Part shown: positions 50,412-60,404 of the stretch, in pieces
Position numbering within the stretch: position 1 is the first letter of the stretch
Layout of the letters: each line of letters begins with the position of its first letter
From: Elusimicrobiota bacterium
Lineage (GTDB): Bacteria > Elusimicrobiota > Endomicrobiia > Endomicrobiales > JBDRNC01
DNA length: 64,000 nucleotides
Reading direction: 5' to 3'
NCBI GenBank assembly: GCA_043811535.1
Contig: JBDRNC010000039.1
Span: forward strand, 32,001-96,000
Made by a program: the position numbers and the translations under genes
The notes under the pieces: generated by a model
The model's input: the letters and a program-made list of their open reading frames with translations, nothing else
Database searches by the model: none
What the model was told of the DNA's origin: nothing

Positions 50412-51917
50412 TTAAAATTTATTTAGCTCGCCATTTTCAGGGGTGGCGGGCTTTTTTAACTTAAATATATTAAGAATTGAAATTATGTTCGTCCTGGTGA
50501 TTATCCTGGCCTTAACTCCCATGTATATAAATACAAAAAGTGCGATTATTTTTACTCCATACTTGGCCGCAGGATGTATCCCCGCATGCCTGAAGAGTAT
50601 CAGTACAATCGCACTAATGAATATGTTCAAATATAGCTGAAATAATAGGTTTTTTTCGTATTTTATTTTATAAAATCTCTGTGAAATTATAACAAAAATC
50701 GTGTTTATAGTCAATATCGTTATAGTCATGCTCAAACCGGCTCCCATGGGGCCGAATTTTGGTATCAATATCAGGTTAAGCCCTACGTTTATCAGCAGGC
50801 TCAGGACCGATACCGGGAAAGACAAATACGCTTTCTTGACATAGGCTATCTGCGCCCCGACCAATTTTCCGAAAGTCTGCGTTGAAATCCCGCACAACAG
50901 GATCAGCATGACATTAATGGCCTTGCCGTAGCTTGGCGGGGCCATAATACGGAAGAATTCTTCTCCGAATAGCACCATCATGATGACCGCGGAGAGCGAA
51001 ATATAGGTAAATATCGTAAAGTTCCTTCCGATCGAAGCGGAACCTTCATCCCCTTTATCGAACATCTCTTTCATGAATATCGGGTGGAACGTCGACTGAA
51101 CGGCGGTCATGAATACAAACAGTTTATTTGAGACATTCTGCGCAATGCTGAATAATCCGGCGCTTGCCAGCGAATCAACGGCCCTCAGCAGGTATTTATC
51201 GAAGAAACCGTATATTGAGCCTGTGAACAGCGATGGGAGCAAAGGGATCCCGTACTTCAGATTGTCTTTCAGCATCTTTGTGTTCCAGCTGAACGGAAGC
51301 TTTCTGAGAAAATTGAAATACATCATGGAAAAGGCTATAGAGACCGAGGCAAGCGTGGCGTATATGACCCCCATATATCCCGCCCCAAAAAAGACGACGA
51401 GAGTCAGGCCCAGAGCGGTGTTAACGAGCATTTGAACTATTGTATAAAACGAGTACCTTTTGCCGTCCTCCATGTTCCTGTACATCAGAAGGCAAAAATT
51501 GAAGAGGATGCCGAAAGCGATTCCGATGTATGAGACAATGATCGCCGAGCTGTATTCGGGAGAGCCCATTACGAAATTTGATATGACCGTTTTCAGCAGG
51601 AACACTGCCGGAGCGGAGACGAGGAACATGATACTGAGAAAGACGATTGTCGTGTTTACGAGCCCGCCCAGGTCGTTAATGTTTTTTCTGTATTCAAAAT
51701 AATACCTTTCTGCGCCGACATTCACGTTAAATGTCATCGCATTGGCTATGATGCTCGGGAATGTCTGCGCGAGAGCTATCAGCCCGAAATCCTTGGGAGT
51801 AAGATACCTTGTCATTATCGGGAATGTGATAAACGGAATAATCGCGCTCAAGACTGAGGGCGAGAGATAGGCCAGGATATTCTTTATTCTTTTCTCTTTT
51901 TTATCGGCTTCAGTCAT
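50412..51917 (-). CDS. wzx: Wzx-family oligosaccharide flippase
   Basis: TRYLTPKDFG, YGIPL, GLFSIA, LILIPKFGPMGAG; 12-14 TM segments. Confidence 0.85.
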   Translation of the reverse strand: MTEADKKEKRIKNILAYLSPSVLSAIIPFITFPIMTRYLTPKDFGLIALAQTFPSIIANAMTFNVNVGAERYYFEYRKNINDLGGLVNTTIVFLSIMFLVSAPAVFLLKTVISNFVMGSPEYSSAIIVSYIGIAFGILFNFCLLMYRNMEDGKRYSFYTIVQMLVNTALGLTLVVFFGAGYMGVIYATLASVSIAFSMMYFNFLRKLPFSWNTKMLKDNLKYGIPLLPSLFTGSIYGFFDKYLLRAVDSLASAGLFSIAQNVSNKLFVFMTAVQSTFHPIFMKEMFDKGDEGSASIGRNFTIFTYISLSAVIMMVLFGEEFFRIMAPPSYGKAINVMLILLCGISTQTFGKLVGAQIAYVKKAYLSFPVSVLSLLINVGLNLILIPKFGPMGAGLSMTITILTINTIFVIISQRFYKIKYEKNLLFQLYLNIFISAIVLILFRHAGIHPAAKYGVKIIALFVFIYMGVKARIITRTNIISILNIFKLKKPATPENGELNKF

Positions 51918-52971
51918 CGATGTCCACCTGCCTCCATTTAAGGGGAGTTCCGCGTTTTATGAAGCATTTTGACTTCCTGCCCAGTATTTTCTTCAGATAT
52001 TTCGGTTTCAGCCCGTGTGCCGGCCTTACGGACCTGACGTTAATTTCGTCGAAAACCTCGCCCTTGGTTATGTCTCTTGCGGCGAAAAGGGATCTCGCGA
52101 ATCGCCTGTTTTTCCGGGACTGCGCGGATAATTCGTAACTCGCTTCCCCGAGCGATTTTTCCGTCTCTCTTACGGCATCAACCATCGCCTTGAATTCACG
52201 CGGTTCAAGAGAGAATGGGGCGTCGGGCCCGCCAATTCTTTTATCAAGTATGAAATGCTTTTCGATGATTGAAGCGCCGAGACTTACGGCGGCGACCGGC
52301 GCGGCGATGCCCATTGAATGGTCCGAAAGCCCGACAACTGTTTTGAATCTTTCCTGCATGTCCGGGATGACCCTCAAATTCATGCCTTCCGGAGGCGCGG
52401 GATAGGACGAGACGCATTTCAGCAAAGCTATCTGATTATTTCCCGCCTTCCTGCACGCCACGACCGCTTCCTTTATGTCCGTCATTTTGGCTATGCCAGT
52501 AGAGATGATGACCGGTTTTTTCTTGGAAGCGATATACTCTATAAGCGGAATATCCGTTATCTCAAATGAAGCTACTTTATACGCGGGGACACGCATTTTT
52601 TCTAGGAAATCAACCGCGGTCCTGTCAAAAGGCGATGAAAAACAGATTAAGCCAAGGTTTTCGGCGATTTTTTTCAGTTTTGGCTGCCATTCCCAGGGCG
52701 TATACGCTTTTTTGTACAGGTCATATAAATTCTGGCCATCCCAGAGCGTGCCGTGCATGATCCTGAAATACTTCAGGTCGGAATCGATTGTGATGGTATC
52801 AGCTGTATAGGTCTGAAGCTTGATTGCGTCAGCACCGCATTCCTTTACGGCCCTGACCGACTTTACGGCTGTTGCGTAATCCTGGTTGTGATTAGCGGAT
52901 AATTCCGCGATGATAAAAACCTTGTTTTTTCCGCCGATTTTCCTGTTTTTGATCTTGATCATGGTATTCAT
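51910..52971 (-). CDS. pseI: Pseudaminic acid synthase (NeuB family)
   Basis: IAELSANHN, KLQTYT, TPWEW, KVASFE, GLSDH, IEKHF, C-terminal SAF domain. Start set at ATG 52971. Confidence 0.9.
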   Translation of the reverse strand: MNTMIKIKNRKIGGKNKVFIIAELSANHNQDYATAVKSVRAVKECGADAIKLQTYTADTITIDSDLKYFRIMHGTLWDGQNLYDLYKKAYTPWEWQPKLKKIAENLGLICFSSPFDRTAVDFLEKMRVPAYKVASFEITDIPLIEYIASKKKPVIISTGIAKMTDIKEAVVACRKAGNNQIALLKCVSSYPAPPEGMNLRVIPDMQERFKTVVGLSDHSMGIAAPVAAVSLGASIIEKHFILDKRIGGPDAPFSLEPREFKAMVDAVRETEKSLGEASYELSAQSRKNRRFARSLFAARDITKGEVFDEINVRSVRPAHGLKPKYLKKILGRKSKCFIKRGTPLKWRQVDIDD

Positions 52972-53927
52972 TTTTTTAAATCGAGAAATATTTCGTTCAG
53001 ACATCGTACGGCAACCCCCTTTCTATATTTCAATCGAAATGATATTTTACGCTTTTCTGATGAATTTATCCACCAATATACGTCTGAAAAACCAAAGTAA
53101 TGCCTGAAATAGACCGTGCTTGATATCCTCGGATTCACTTCAAAAGGCACGTATCCTTTTGAAGTCTTCCTGAACTGTATGTTCACGGATCCGAACAGGC
53201 CGGCTTTTTTCGCGATTCTTTCGGAAATCCTGGAAATATCCCGGTCATTTATCAGCTCAGCGACTTTTGTAAGGCTTCCATAGCCCAGCTGTCTCCTGAA
53301 AGCTATGGAGAAATACTTTTTGCCGTCTGAAAATACAGTTGCGGTATATTCATTTTCCGGTGTGCCCAGGATTTCCTGTACTATCGCGTTGTCCGTCTTC
53401 TTCCTATGGAATCGAAGCTCGCTGTTATTGCGGACATGAACGGCGCCTTTGCCACCCCATCCCCATCTTGGCTTAATAAGCATAGGGAATTTAAGCTGAT
53501 TCTTGTATTTTGAAAGAAGATACGTTTTAGGATACGGCAAGCCATTTTGTTTCAGGAATACGGCAGTCGCGTATTTGTCAAAGAAGGTTTTAACTAGTCC
53601 ATGCTTGTTTATAAGGATTTGAACTTTGCTGTCCTTGAAAATATCCCGGTTTGAATCAAAAAAGAATATTTCAGGCTCGCTTACAGGGAGAACGTAATCA
53701 ACCTTTGCGGTTTTCACCAGATTCAGAATAAAGCGTTTATATTTGCTCTTATCGGCAGCTCTGGGGCAAACGTAAAACCTGTCCGCAAAGTGTTTCCCCG
53801 CGGCAAAAAGATCGATATCGCAGCCGATTATGCGGTCAGCCGGCATGGAATCTCTGACGCACTTGATGATACTCTGCCCGATATCGCCTCCGACGGAGGT
53901 AATCAGAATTGTTCTACGTTTTTTCAT
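52968..53927 (-). CDS. ATP-grasp ligase (CarB-like single domain)
   Basis: ITSVGGDIGQ, DKY, IKPRWGWGGKG, VQE, NIQ, FEVNPRISS. Confidence 0.85.
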   Translation of the reverse strand: MKKRRTILITSVGGDIGQSIIKCVRDSMPADRIIGCDIDLFAAGKHFADRFYVCPRAADKSKYKRFILNLVKTAKVDYVLPVSEPEIFFFDSNRDIFKDSKVQILINKHGLVKTFFDKYATAVFLKQNGLPYPKTYLLSKYKNQLKFPMLIKPRWGWGGKGAVHVRNNSELRFHRKKTDNAIVQEILGTPENEYTATVFSDGKKYFSIAFRRQLGYGSLTKVAELINDRDISRISERIAKKAGLFGSVNIQFRKTSKGYVPFEVNPRISSTVYFRHYFGFSDVYWWINSSEKRKISFRLKYRKGVAVRCLNEIFLDLKK

Positions 53928-54618
53928 GGCCGATTTCCCTGTTTAGTATCTTTATAAGATACTTATTGTTTTCGCCGTGTCTAAGTATTTCTTCTATCAA
54001 CGCGTTTTTATTGTAATCCACGCGTTTTATCTTGAATTCGCCTGTTTCGACGTTTAGAACGGCGTAAGACGGCATATCGAAATCGCGAGGCTGTCCGCAC
54101 GAGCCCGGATTAATAAACCTGGCAGCACCCGTAGTTTTATTCATAGGGTAATGGGTATGGCCCAAAAACACATATTTTTCGCTGATATTTTTAAAAAAAG
54201 ACAGATTATTTGTCGGGTAAACATAGCCTTCTAAATGGTTGGACGGGCTTCCGTGATACATGCATATTGAATATTTTGAAATCCTTTCCTTTTCCGGCAG
54301 CTTTTTCAAGTAATCCATGTTTTTGGGGCTGATGCTGTTCTTCAAAAGCGACAGCGCTTTTCCGTATCTTTCGGTGTATTCTTTTTCAATTTCCTTGTTT
54401 TTAATGATCTTAATGAAAATATCGTCGTGATTGCCGCGGACCGCCACGAGATTCTTCATATCCCTCAAAACGTCGATTATTTCATTGGCGTAATAGTAGT
54501 AACCACAGGCATCTCCGAGAAAAACGTGTAAATCGCAGGATTCGTTCTTCAGCGAGTTCATTACTTCGTTGAAAGCGTAAATATTTCCATGTATATCGGA
54601 AAATATGCCTATCTTCAT
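53914..54618 (-). CDS. Calcineurin-like metallophosphoesterase
   Basis: SDIHGN, GDACGY, GNHD, HGSP, GHTH, NPGSCGQPRD. Confidence 0.9.
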   Translation of the reverse strand: MKIGIFSDIHGNIYAFNEVMNSLKNESCDLHVFLGDACGYYYYANEIIDVLRDMKNLVAVRGNHDDIFIKIIKNKEIEKEYTERYGKALSLLKNSISPKNMDYLKKLPEKERISKYSICMYHGSPSNHLEGYVYPTNNLSFFKNISEKYVFLGHTHYPMNKTTGAARFINPGSCGQPRDFDMPSYAVLNVETGEFKIKRVDYNKNALIEEILRHGENNKYLIKILNREIGHEKT

Positions 54619-55559
54619 AATTTCCTTTTAGAATGAACCTTTGCGATTATCTGCAGATTGCGCCCGATCCCGTTACGGGCGAATGACCGGTACAGCGTAT
54701 CCTTGAACCTGACCAATCCGGAAGCGTACAGGTTTTTTTCGAAAGATACTCTCTTCAAATGAACGGATCTGCCTTTTTTGGCATCATTCAAAAAATCATC
54801 TCCCATCAGCCGGAATATCTCCATAGGGAAATCAGAGTAAAGATCGATTATCCTGAAGCCGTTTTTGTTAAGGAAACGCTTAATGGTAGCGCAAGACCAG
54901 TAGTTCAGGTGTTCAAGAGGGTCAAGCCAGTAGTTGTGGTTATTGGGTCTTTGGGCTATTTCTGTTTTCATCAAAGCGTTCTGCAGGATGTTGAAATCAT
55001 TAGGTATCACGATAAATAGCAGGCCGCCGGGGAGCAGAAGACGCCTGCGTATTATCTCAAGAGTTTTAAAGGGTTCCCTTACGTGTTCGAGCACGTTATT
55101 CACGGTGACAACCGATACAGGTTTGAGCTTCCTATACGCGCTGTCAATGCTGCCGCGGATGATGCCGAGCGTTCTGGACTGTTCTTCGTCAAAGGACGCG
55201 CTTGAAGGCTCGACCCCTGATACTTTCCAGCCGCTGATTTTCATGAAATGCAGAAAATCTCCGTAACCCGCGCCGAGGTCTATAACGCTTCGCGGCATGG
55301 AATCAGACAGATTATCGCTGATCTGGCGCATCCTGTCTTTGTACTGCATTGTGTAGTATCCGTCGGGATCGTGTTTTCTGTCTGTCATGGACCTGTTATT
55401 GCCGGCTTTAAGCACGCTATAATACTTATTCCTGTAGAAGGATTCCAGTTCCTTTTCGCTCGGTACGGGATAAACGTGCCAGAAACCGCAATCCAGACAG
55501 TCAATGACGCGGTATCCGTTTTTCAATATAGATTTTTTGTATCTGTGGGATTTATTCAT
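54615..55559 (-). CDS. Class I SAM-dependent methyltransferase with N-terminal CxxC
   Basis: CLDCG, IDLGAGYG, GVEPS, NVLEH, LLPGG, EHLNYW. Confidence 0.85.
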   Translation of the reverse strand: MNKSHRYKKSILKNGYRVIDCLDCGFWHVYPVPSEKELESFYRNKYYSVLKAGNNRSMTDRKHDPDGYYTMQYKDRMRQISDNLSDSMPRSVIDLGAGYGDFLHFMKISGWKVSGVEPSSASFDEEQSRTLGIIRGSIDSAYRKLKPVSVVTVNNVLEHVREPFKTLEIIRRRLLLPGGLLFIVIPNDFNILQNALMKTEIAQRPNNHNYWLDPLEHLNYWSCATIKRFLNKNGFRIIDLYSDFPMEIFRLMGDDFLNDAKKGRSVHLKRVSFEKNLYASGLVRFKDTLYRSFARNGIGRNLQIIAKVHSKRKL

Positions 55560-56562
55560 TACAATTCCATTTATGAGCTTTTAAGAGTTCTGAGACTATC
55601 CTTCGCGCACCCTGCCCGTCTACAGCTTTTCTCCCGCGACCGGACATTTTGGCCCTTGGTTTCCTGTCCGCGATGATTTTTACCGATCTTTCCAGCGCCT
55701 TTGACACGGTGGCGTTGTCCGCGCCGCTTCCCAATAAAGCAAAACCTGTTTTCTGCCAGTTGCGGGAATTCTTTATTTGATTTCCGGCCACGGCGAAAAT
55801 GACGGACGGAACGCCTGCGCGGGCAAGCTCGTATGTTGTCTGGCCCGCGGCTGAAACCGCAATATCGCAGCGAAGCATAAGGTTTTTCATTCCGTTTGCG
55901 TCAAGTCCGGAATAAAGCGATGTACGGGAGTCGGATAAGGCTAAAATCCTCTTCCTCTGTATTTTGTCGAGCGATGCACCGGTCACCACATGTTTTCTTA
56001 TTAGCGGGTATTTTAAGGCGAAATATTCGAGTACTGACGCTGTCATGCCCAAGGGATCGGTCCCGCCGAAAGTTATCAGAACGTCATTGATGCGTTCTTT
56101 TATTATTTTTGCGGGCGTGCCCCAAAACGGCTTTCTCATGGGAGCGTACCTGCTGCCTAGCAAATACCTGGCAAGTTTGTTCCTTTTATAAGGGAATTGT
56201 TCCGAAAGAACCGTGCCGTTCGATACGATCCCTCCCGGGTAGTCCAGGCGCATGTTGTCATCGATAAAAACACATGCCTTTACATCGTTAAAAACGCGTT
56301 TATAAACGTTTATGCCCGCAAGATATGAATCAATGACGCACATCGCCGAATTTTTTAATATAGGAGAAAGATTCCCCGATTCCAGCCAGTTTAAAAAGCG
56401 GTATTTGACACCCTTGAGGGTTTCCGGCTGTATCCCTTTCCCGTTCAAATAAAATGTCGCGTCGATACGGGCTTCTTTCAGCGCCTGGTACAGGCCCATG
56501 CATCTGGTTATATGGCCGTAGCCGATATTGAGTCCGCCTTCCGTTAAAATAGCTGCTTTCAT
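55552..56562 (-). CDS. pseG: UDP-sugar hydrolase PseG (GT28-like)
   Basis: IGYGHITRC, IDSY, IDD, TFGGTD, AAGQTTYE, VDGQG; no fused GNAT domain. Confidence 0.82.
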   Translation of the reverse strand: MKAAILTEGGLNIGYGHITRCMGLYQALKEARIDATFYLNGKGIQPETLKGVKYRFLNWLESGNLSPILKNSAMCVIDSYLAGINVYKRVFNDVKACVFIDDNMRLDYPGGIVSNGTVLSEQFPYKRNKLARYLLGSRYAPMRKPFWGTPAKIIKERINDVLITFGGTDPLGMTASVLEYFALKYPLIRKHVVTGASLDKIQRKRILALSDSRTSLYSGLDANGMKNLMLRCDIAVSAAGQTTYELARAGVPSVIFAVAGNQIKNSRNWQKTGFALLGSGADNATVSKALERSVKIIADRKPRAKMSGRGRKAVDGQGARRIVSELLKAHKWNCNE

Positions 56563-57290
56563 GAAAATCGCCTTAAACGTCGTTTATTCTTAAGCATATA
56601 ATATTTTATGATATCCATGTCATCCGGAACGTCAAGTTCAAGCGAAAACATCCTTGAACTCTGCACCTCGGGTGCTATCTTTTTTCCCATGTAAATATGG
56701 GCTTTCCTAATGCCGCGTGTTTTGTATAAATTCGCGACTCTTAAAACCACTACCGAACCGTCAAATAGGTATCTTGCGGGGAACTCCTGTTTCCTGATAC
56801 CTTTGACATTCCTTATAAGCGGCTCTATCATGCCGTTCTTGGTTATTGTTTTCATCAATTCGGGTACTTGGTCCACCTCATAGCATGTCGCGCATGAGTC
56901 GGCTCTAGTGGAAATAAGTTTCTTTACAGCTTTGTCTATAATCCCATTTTCCCTGATAGGCACGTTAGCCTGCATCCAGACAAGAACATCAGCACAGTAA
57001 TTGTGCTTCTTTTTCATGTACTCCACCGCATGTAACAGCGCTTCTTCAATCGGGGATGTGTCTTTCGCGTATTCCTTCGGCCTGCCGATTACTTCGACGG
57101 TATAATGCCGCTTGACGGTCTCCGCGATCGCCTTGCTGTCCGTTGAAACAACGATTTTGTCCAGCATCTTCGATCTCAACGCGGCTTCAATGGTATAGCC
57201 GATAACCGGCTTGCCTAAAAGATCCTTAATGTTTTTGTTTTTGAATCTTTTGCTTCCGCCGCGCGCCGGTATGACACCTAAAATATTCAT
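56559..57290 (-). CDS. pseF: CMP-nonulosonate synthetase (PseF/NeuA family)
   Basis: IPARGGSKRFKNKN, VSTD, RP; lies within the pse block. Symbol assigned by context. Confidence 0.75.
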   Translation of the reverse strand: MNILGVIPARGGSKRFKNKNIKDLLGKPVIGYTIEAALRSKMLDKIVVSTDSKAIAETVKRHYTVEVIGRPKEYAKDTSPIEEALLHAVEYMKKKHNYCADVLVWMQANVPIRENGIIDKAVKKLISTRADSCATCYEVDQVPELMKTITKNGMIEPLIRNVKGIRKQEFPARYLFDGSVVVLRVANLYKTRGIRKAHIYMGKKIAPEVQSSRMFSLELDVPDDMDIIKYYMLKNKRRLRRFS

Positions 57291-57293
57291 GGA

Positions 57294-58664
57294 TTACCTC
57301 GATTCGGGATGTTTCAGTTTGTTCCAGGCGCCTAATTCAGTTATCATATCGCTTTGTAATTTATTAAGCTCATCATCCGTGAAATCAGTAAAATTGACCC
57401 TTATCTTTTCGCCCTGCTCACCGAGCCCGAGCAGATATTCCTCTTCGTCTTTTATCTTGCCTTTTTTAAGCGCCAGTTCGTATAATTCGGTCCCCGGATA
57501 CGGGGTTAGGAAAAATATGACTTCCGGTGTCAGGCCAAGCTCCTTGCAGAAATCGACCGTTGCTTTCAGCGTTTCCATGGTTTCTCCGGGATACCCTATC
57601 ATGAAAGAACAATCGGCCCATCCCAGGTGTTTCTGCGTTAACCTAACGGCTTTCTTTGACTGTTCTACCGTAACGTGTTTCTTGATGAAGTCCAGCATCT
57701 TCTGGCTCCCGGATTCTATGCCGTAGCCTATACTAAGGCAGCCGGCGTCCTTCATCGCGATTATCATGGGTTCGTCCATTAAGTTCACTCTGCCAGCGCA
57801 TCCCCAAGTCAATTTCTTGCCTATGCGGGCAGACAGTTCGTTCAGCAGACAGCAGAACTTAAGAACAAAGTCTTTCTTTACCACAAATTCATCGTCGGTA
57901 AAATGAAAATAGGTAATGCCATGGCGCTCGTACAGCGTTTTGATCTCGCTGATTATATATTCAGGGGAGCGTGTCCTATATTTTACGCCCATGAAATCAT
58001 GGTAGCAGTAGATGCACTGATAAGGGCAGCCCCTGGCGCCGCACAAGTTAAACGATAAAATATCCGAATCAGACGCCCCATCGTTCCATTTATTCCTGTT
58101 GGGGGCGCCTATAGGGTTTTTGACGTATATATCCATCGGGAATAGATCCCAGGCCGGCAGGGGTATCTTATCCAGGTCCATAATCGGTTCCCTGTGACCG
58201 TTGTTGTGTATGGATCCTTTGGAATCCTTGTAATATATGCCTTTTACCGAGCCCAGATCCTTGCCGTGTTCCAGCGCGTCCATCAGCTCGACTGCCGTTA
58301 GTTCCCCTTCTCCGATGCAGACCACATCAACCGGATTATTCCTTAGCATTATGTCAGGAATTGACGAACCCACTCCTCCTCCGATGATTATTTTCTTGTC
58401 TGGATGGTATTTTTTCAGCGTAACGGCCAGCCATTTGATGTATTTATAAATCGTAATTATCCCTGTTATCCCGACTGCGTCATAGTCGTTTGCCTTTAGT
58501 TTTTCCTCAACTTCCTTTTGAGAAGGCCTTAAGGCGTTGATGTCATAAACTTCCACTTCATGGCCGGCCTTAAGCAACACGGCCGCTATATAGCCCAGCC
58601 CGATCGGGAACACATTCGGTTTCGCCCATTCTCTTATCAGCGGGTTTATCAGCAATACTTTCAT
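57294..58664 (-). CDS. Cobalamin-binding radical SAM protein
   Basis: PIGLGYIAA, IGG, GEGE, GARGCPYQCIYC, FTDDEF, GIESGS, PYPGT. Confidence 0.9.
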   Translation of the reverse strand: MKVLLINPLIREWAKPNVFPIGLGYIAAVLLKAGHEVEVYDINALRPSQKEVEEKLKANDYDAVGITGIITIYKYIKWLAVTLKKYHPDKKIIIGGGVGSSIPDIMLRNNPVDVVCIGEGELTAVELMDALEHGKDLGSVKGIYYKDSKGSIHNNGHREPIMDLDKIPLPAWDLFPMDIYVKNPIGAPNRNKWNDGASDSDILSFNLCGARGCPYQCIYCYHDFMGVKYRTRSPEYIISEIKTLYERHGITYFHFTDDEFVVKKDFVLKFCCLLNELSARIGKKLTWGCAGRVNLMDEPMIIAMKDAGCLSIGYGIESGSQKMLDFIKKHVTVEQSKKAVRLTQKHLGWADCSFMIGYPGETMETLKATVDFCKELGLTPEVIFFLTPYPGTELYELALKKGKIKDEEEYLLGLGEQGEKIRVNFTDFTDDELNKLQSDMITELGAWNKLKHPESR

Positions 58665-58694
58665 TATATTCCTATCCTCCGTAAAACGGCGCGG

Positions 58695-60404
58695 TCAATT
58701 CAACGCAACCAGATCCCTGAACCTGTCGATCCCGAGATCGTCGGCGTAAGCGTCAAAATCCCTTATTGTGCTTTCAGGTATTTGCTTTGACGGTTTGTCA
58801 CTGTGCTCGGCTATCTTAACGATCGCGGCGACCAGTTTATCGCGGTCGTCGAACGCCAAAACATCATGATACTGCCTGGAAAAAGGATGGTCGCATTCGG
58901 CCTGGTCAAAATAGAGCCCTTCAATGCCGCAGATGATCGCTATTGTCGCCGAGCTTGTCATGCCCTGAGTAACGACAAGGTCAGAGATGCCGATAGCTTC
59001 CATAAAAGTCCATTTATTCTCGTCTATCAGGGAAAAATTATTGTGCTTCTTAAGTTTTGAAAAGATACCGTTAAATTTAATCTTCAGGTCCGCTTTAAGG
59101 TTTTCAGCCCTGCTGAGCTCTTTTGATTTCATCGCGACATGTGTCCGGGGAGAGCAGATAGCCGTATTCAGCATCGCTTCCCAGAAATTAACGAAATGCT
59201 CGGGAGTCATTCTTATGTCGTTGCCGAACGATTCGTCATAAAATGTCGCGACAAAAACGCCGGCAGGTATCCCCATCTGCATGCGCAGGGATTCCCTTGA
59301 AACCATGATCTTCTTTATGAAACTCTTGAATACATATCCCGTGAACGCGATCATTTCAACGGGGCCCTCCACCCCGCGGTAATGCGCCTTACCCCACGAA
59401 ATGAATTTATCGCATGACAAAAATGACGACACGAACCTATTCGCGTTCGGAGAGTTGTCAGACCAGTGCATCAGGTAATACTTGGTCCCGTAATTCTGGC
59501 ATACGATGGACTCCGGTATATGGACCGACTGGAAGTAAGAGTGTCCGAGTTCCGCCCGTATCCTGTAATTTGAAAAGATCCTTTCATACGGAACCGCGGA
59601 AGCTGTAAAAAAAGAGAATATACTGTAGAAATACGAGAAATTAGGGTTGTTCATGCACTTCATGACTTCAAATACGCCGGCAAATATATATTTCGGGAGT
59701 ATCCTTTTAAAAAACACATTCAAAGAAATCGGGGTTTTATTCAGCTCGAAATGAGCGTATTCGGAATCAACTGCGTCTTCATATGCCTCAATCCTGCGCG
59801 TGACAGGCACTCCTCTGCTGAAGAGCAGCAGCTCCTCTTTTTTGATTCTGTTGCCATCGACGAGAAAATCGTCATGGAAATACAGGCCTATTTTTTTCAG
59901 TCCCCAAAGTGATTCACGCAGCAGGGTAAATTGTTTCAAGGAGTTGCTAAATATGATCCCGCCCCGCAGTGAAAACCACAAAATAGCGGAAGCCCTGTAA
60001 ATGATCTGCGATAATTTTCTGGCGATGCCTCTCCGGGATGTCCACTGGACCGGAGCCTTTTTGTGAGAAATATCGTTAAATTTATCAACGGCGAAAGTAT
60101 TAAGCGGGTTATTCTCAAGCAGGACCGTTTGCTCTCCGGCAAGAGCGTCAAAGAGCATCCCGAATAATTTATGGAAGTAATCTACCGTCCAGCGCTTGGC
60201 CAGAAGCGTGAAGCGGTCCGTTTCAAATATCCTGTTCAGTTCTATAAGCATCCGTTCACTGCCGATCCGGCGGCTGTCATAGAATTCATTGGCAAGCTCA
60301 AACGGTCCCATATTCGTCCATTTGTGGTATTCATGGGGCCTGCGGAACGTTTTTACATTCTGCCTGTACAGATTCATTAAAAGGTCATCGTTAAGATTAA
60401 ACAT
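58695..60404 (-). CDS. Uncharacterised polysaccharide biosynthesis protein (possible nonulosonate transferase)
   Basis: 569-aa ORF overlapping the pseC stop; FYDES, MTSSATIA, HPF in the C-terminal Rossmann-like half. Confidence 0.55.
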   Translation of the reverse strand: MFNLNDDLLMNLYRQNVKTFRRPHEYHKWTNMGPFELANEFYDSRRIGSERMLIELNRIFETDRFTLLAKRWTVDYFHKLFGMLFDALAGEQTVLLENNPLNTFAVDKFNDISHKKAPVQWTSRRGIARKLSQIIYRASAILWFSLRGGIIFSNSLKQFTLLRESLWGLKKIGLYFHDDFLVDGNRIKKEELLLFSRGVPVTRRIEAYEDAVDSEYAHFELNKTPISLNVFFKRILPKYIFAGVFEVMKCMNNPNFSYFYSIFSFFTASAVPYERIFSNYRIRAELGHSYFQSVHIPESIVCQNYGTKYYLMHWSDNSPNANRFVSSFLSCDKFISWGKAHYRGVEGPVEMIAFTGYVFKSFIKKIMVSRESLRMQMGIPAGVFVATFYDESFGNDIRMTPEHFVNFWEAMLNTAICSPRTHVAMKSKELSRAENLKADLKIKFNGIFSKLKKHNNFSLIDENKWTFMEAIGISDLVVTQGMTSSATIAIICGIEGLYFDQAECDHPFSRQYHDVLAFDDRDKLVAAIVKIAEHSDKPSKQIPESTIRDFDAYADDLGIDRFRDLVALN

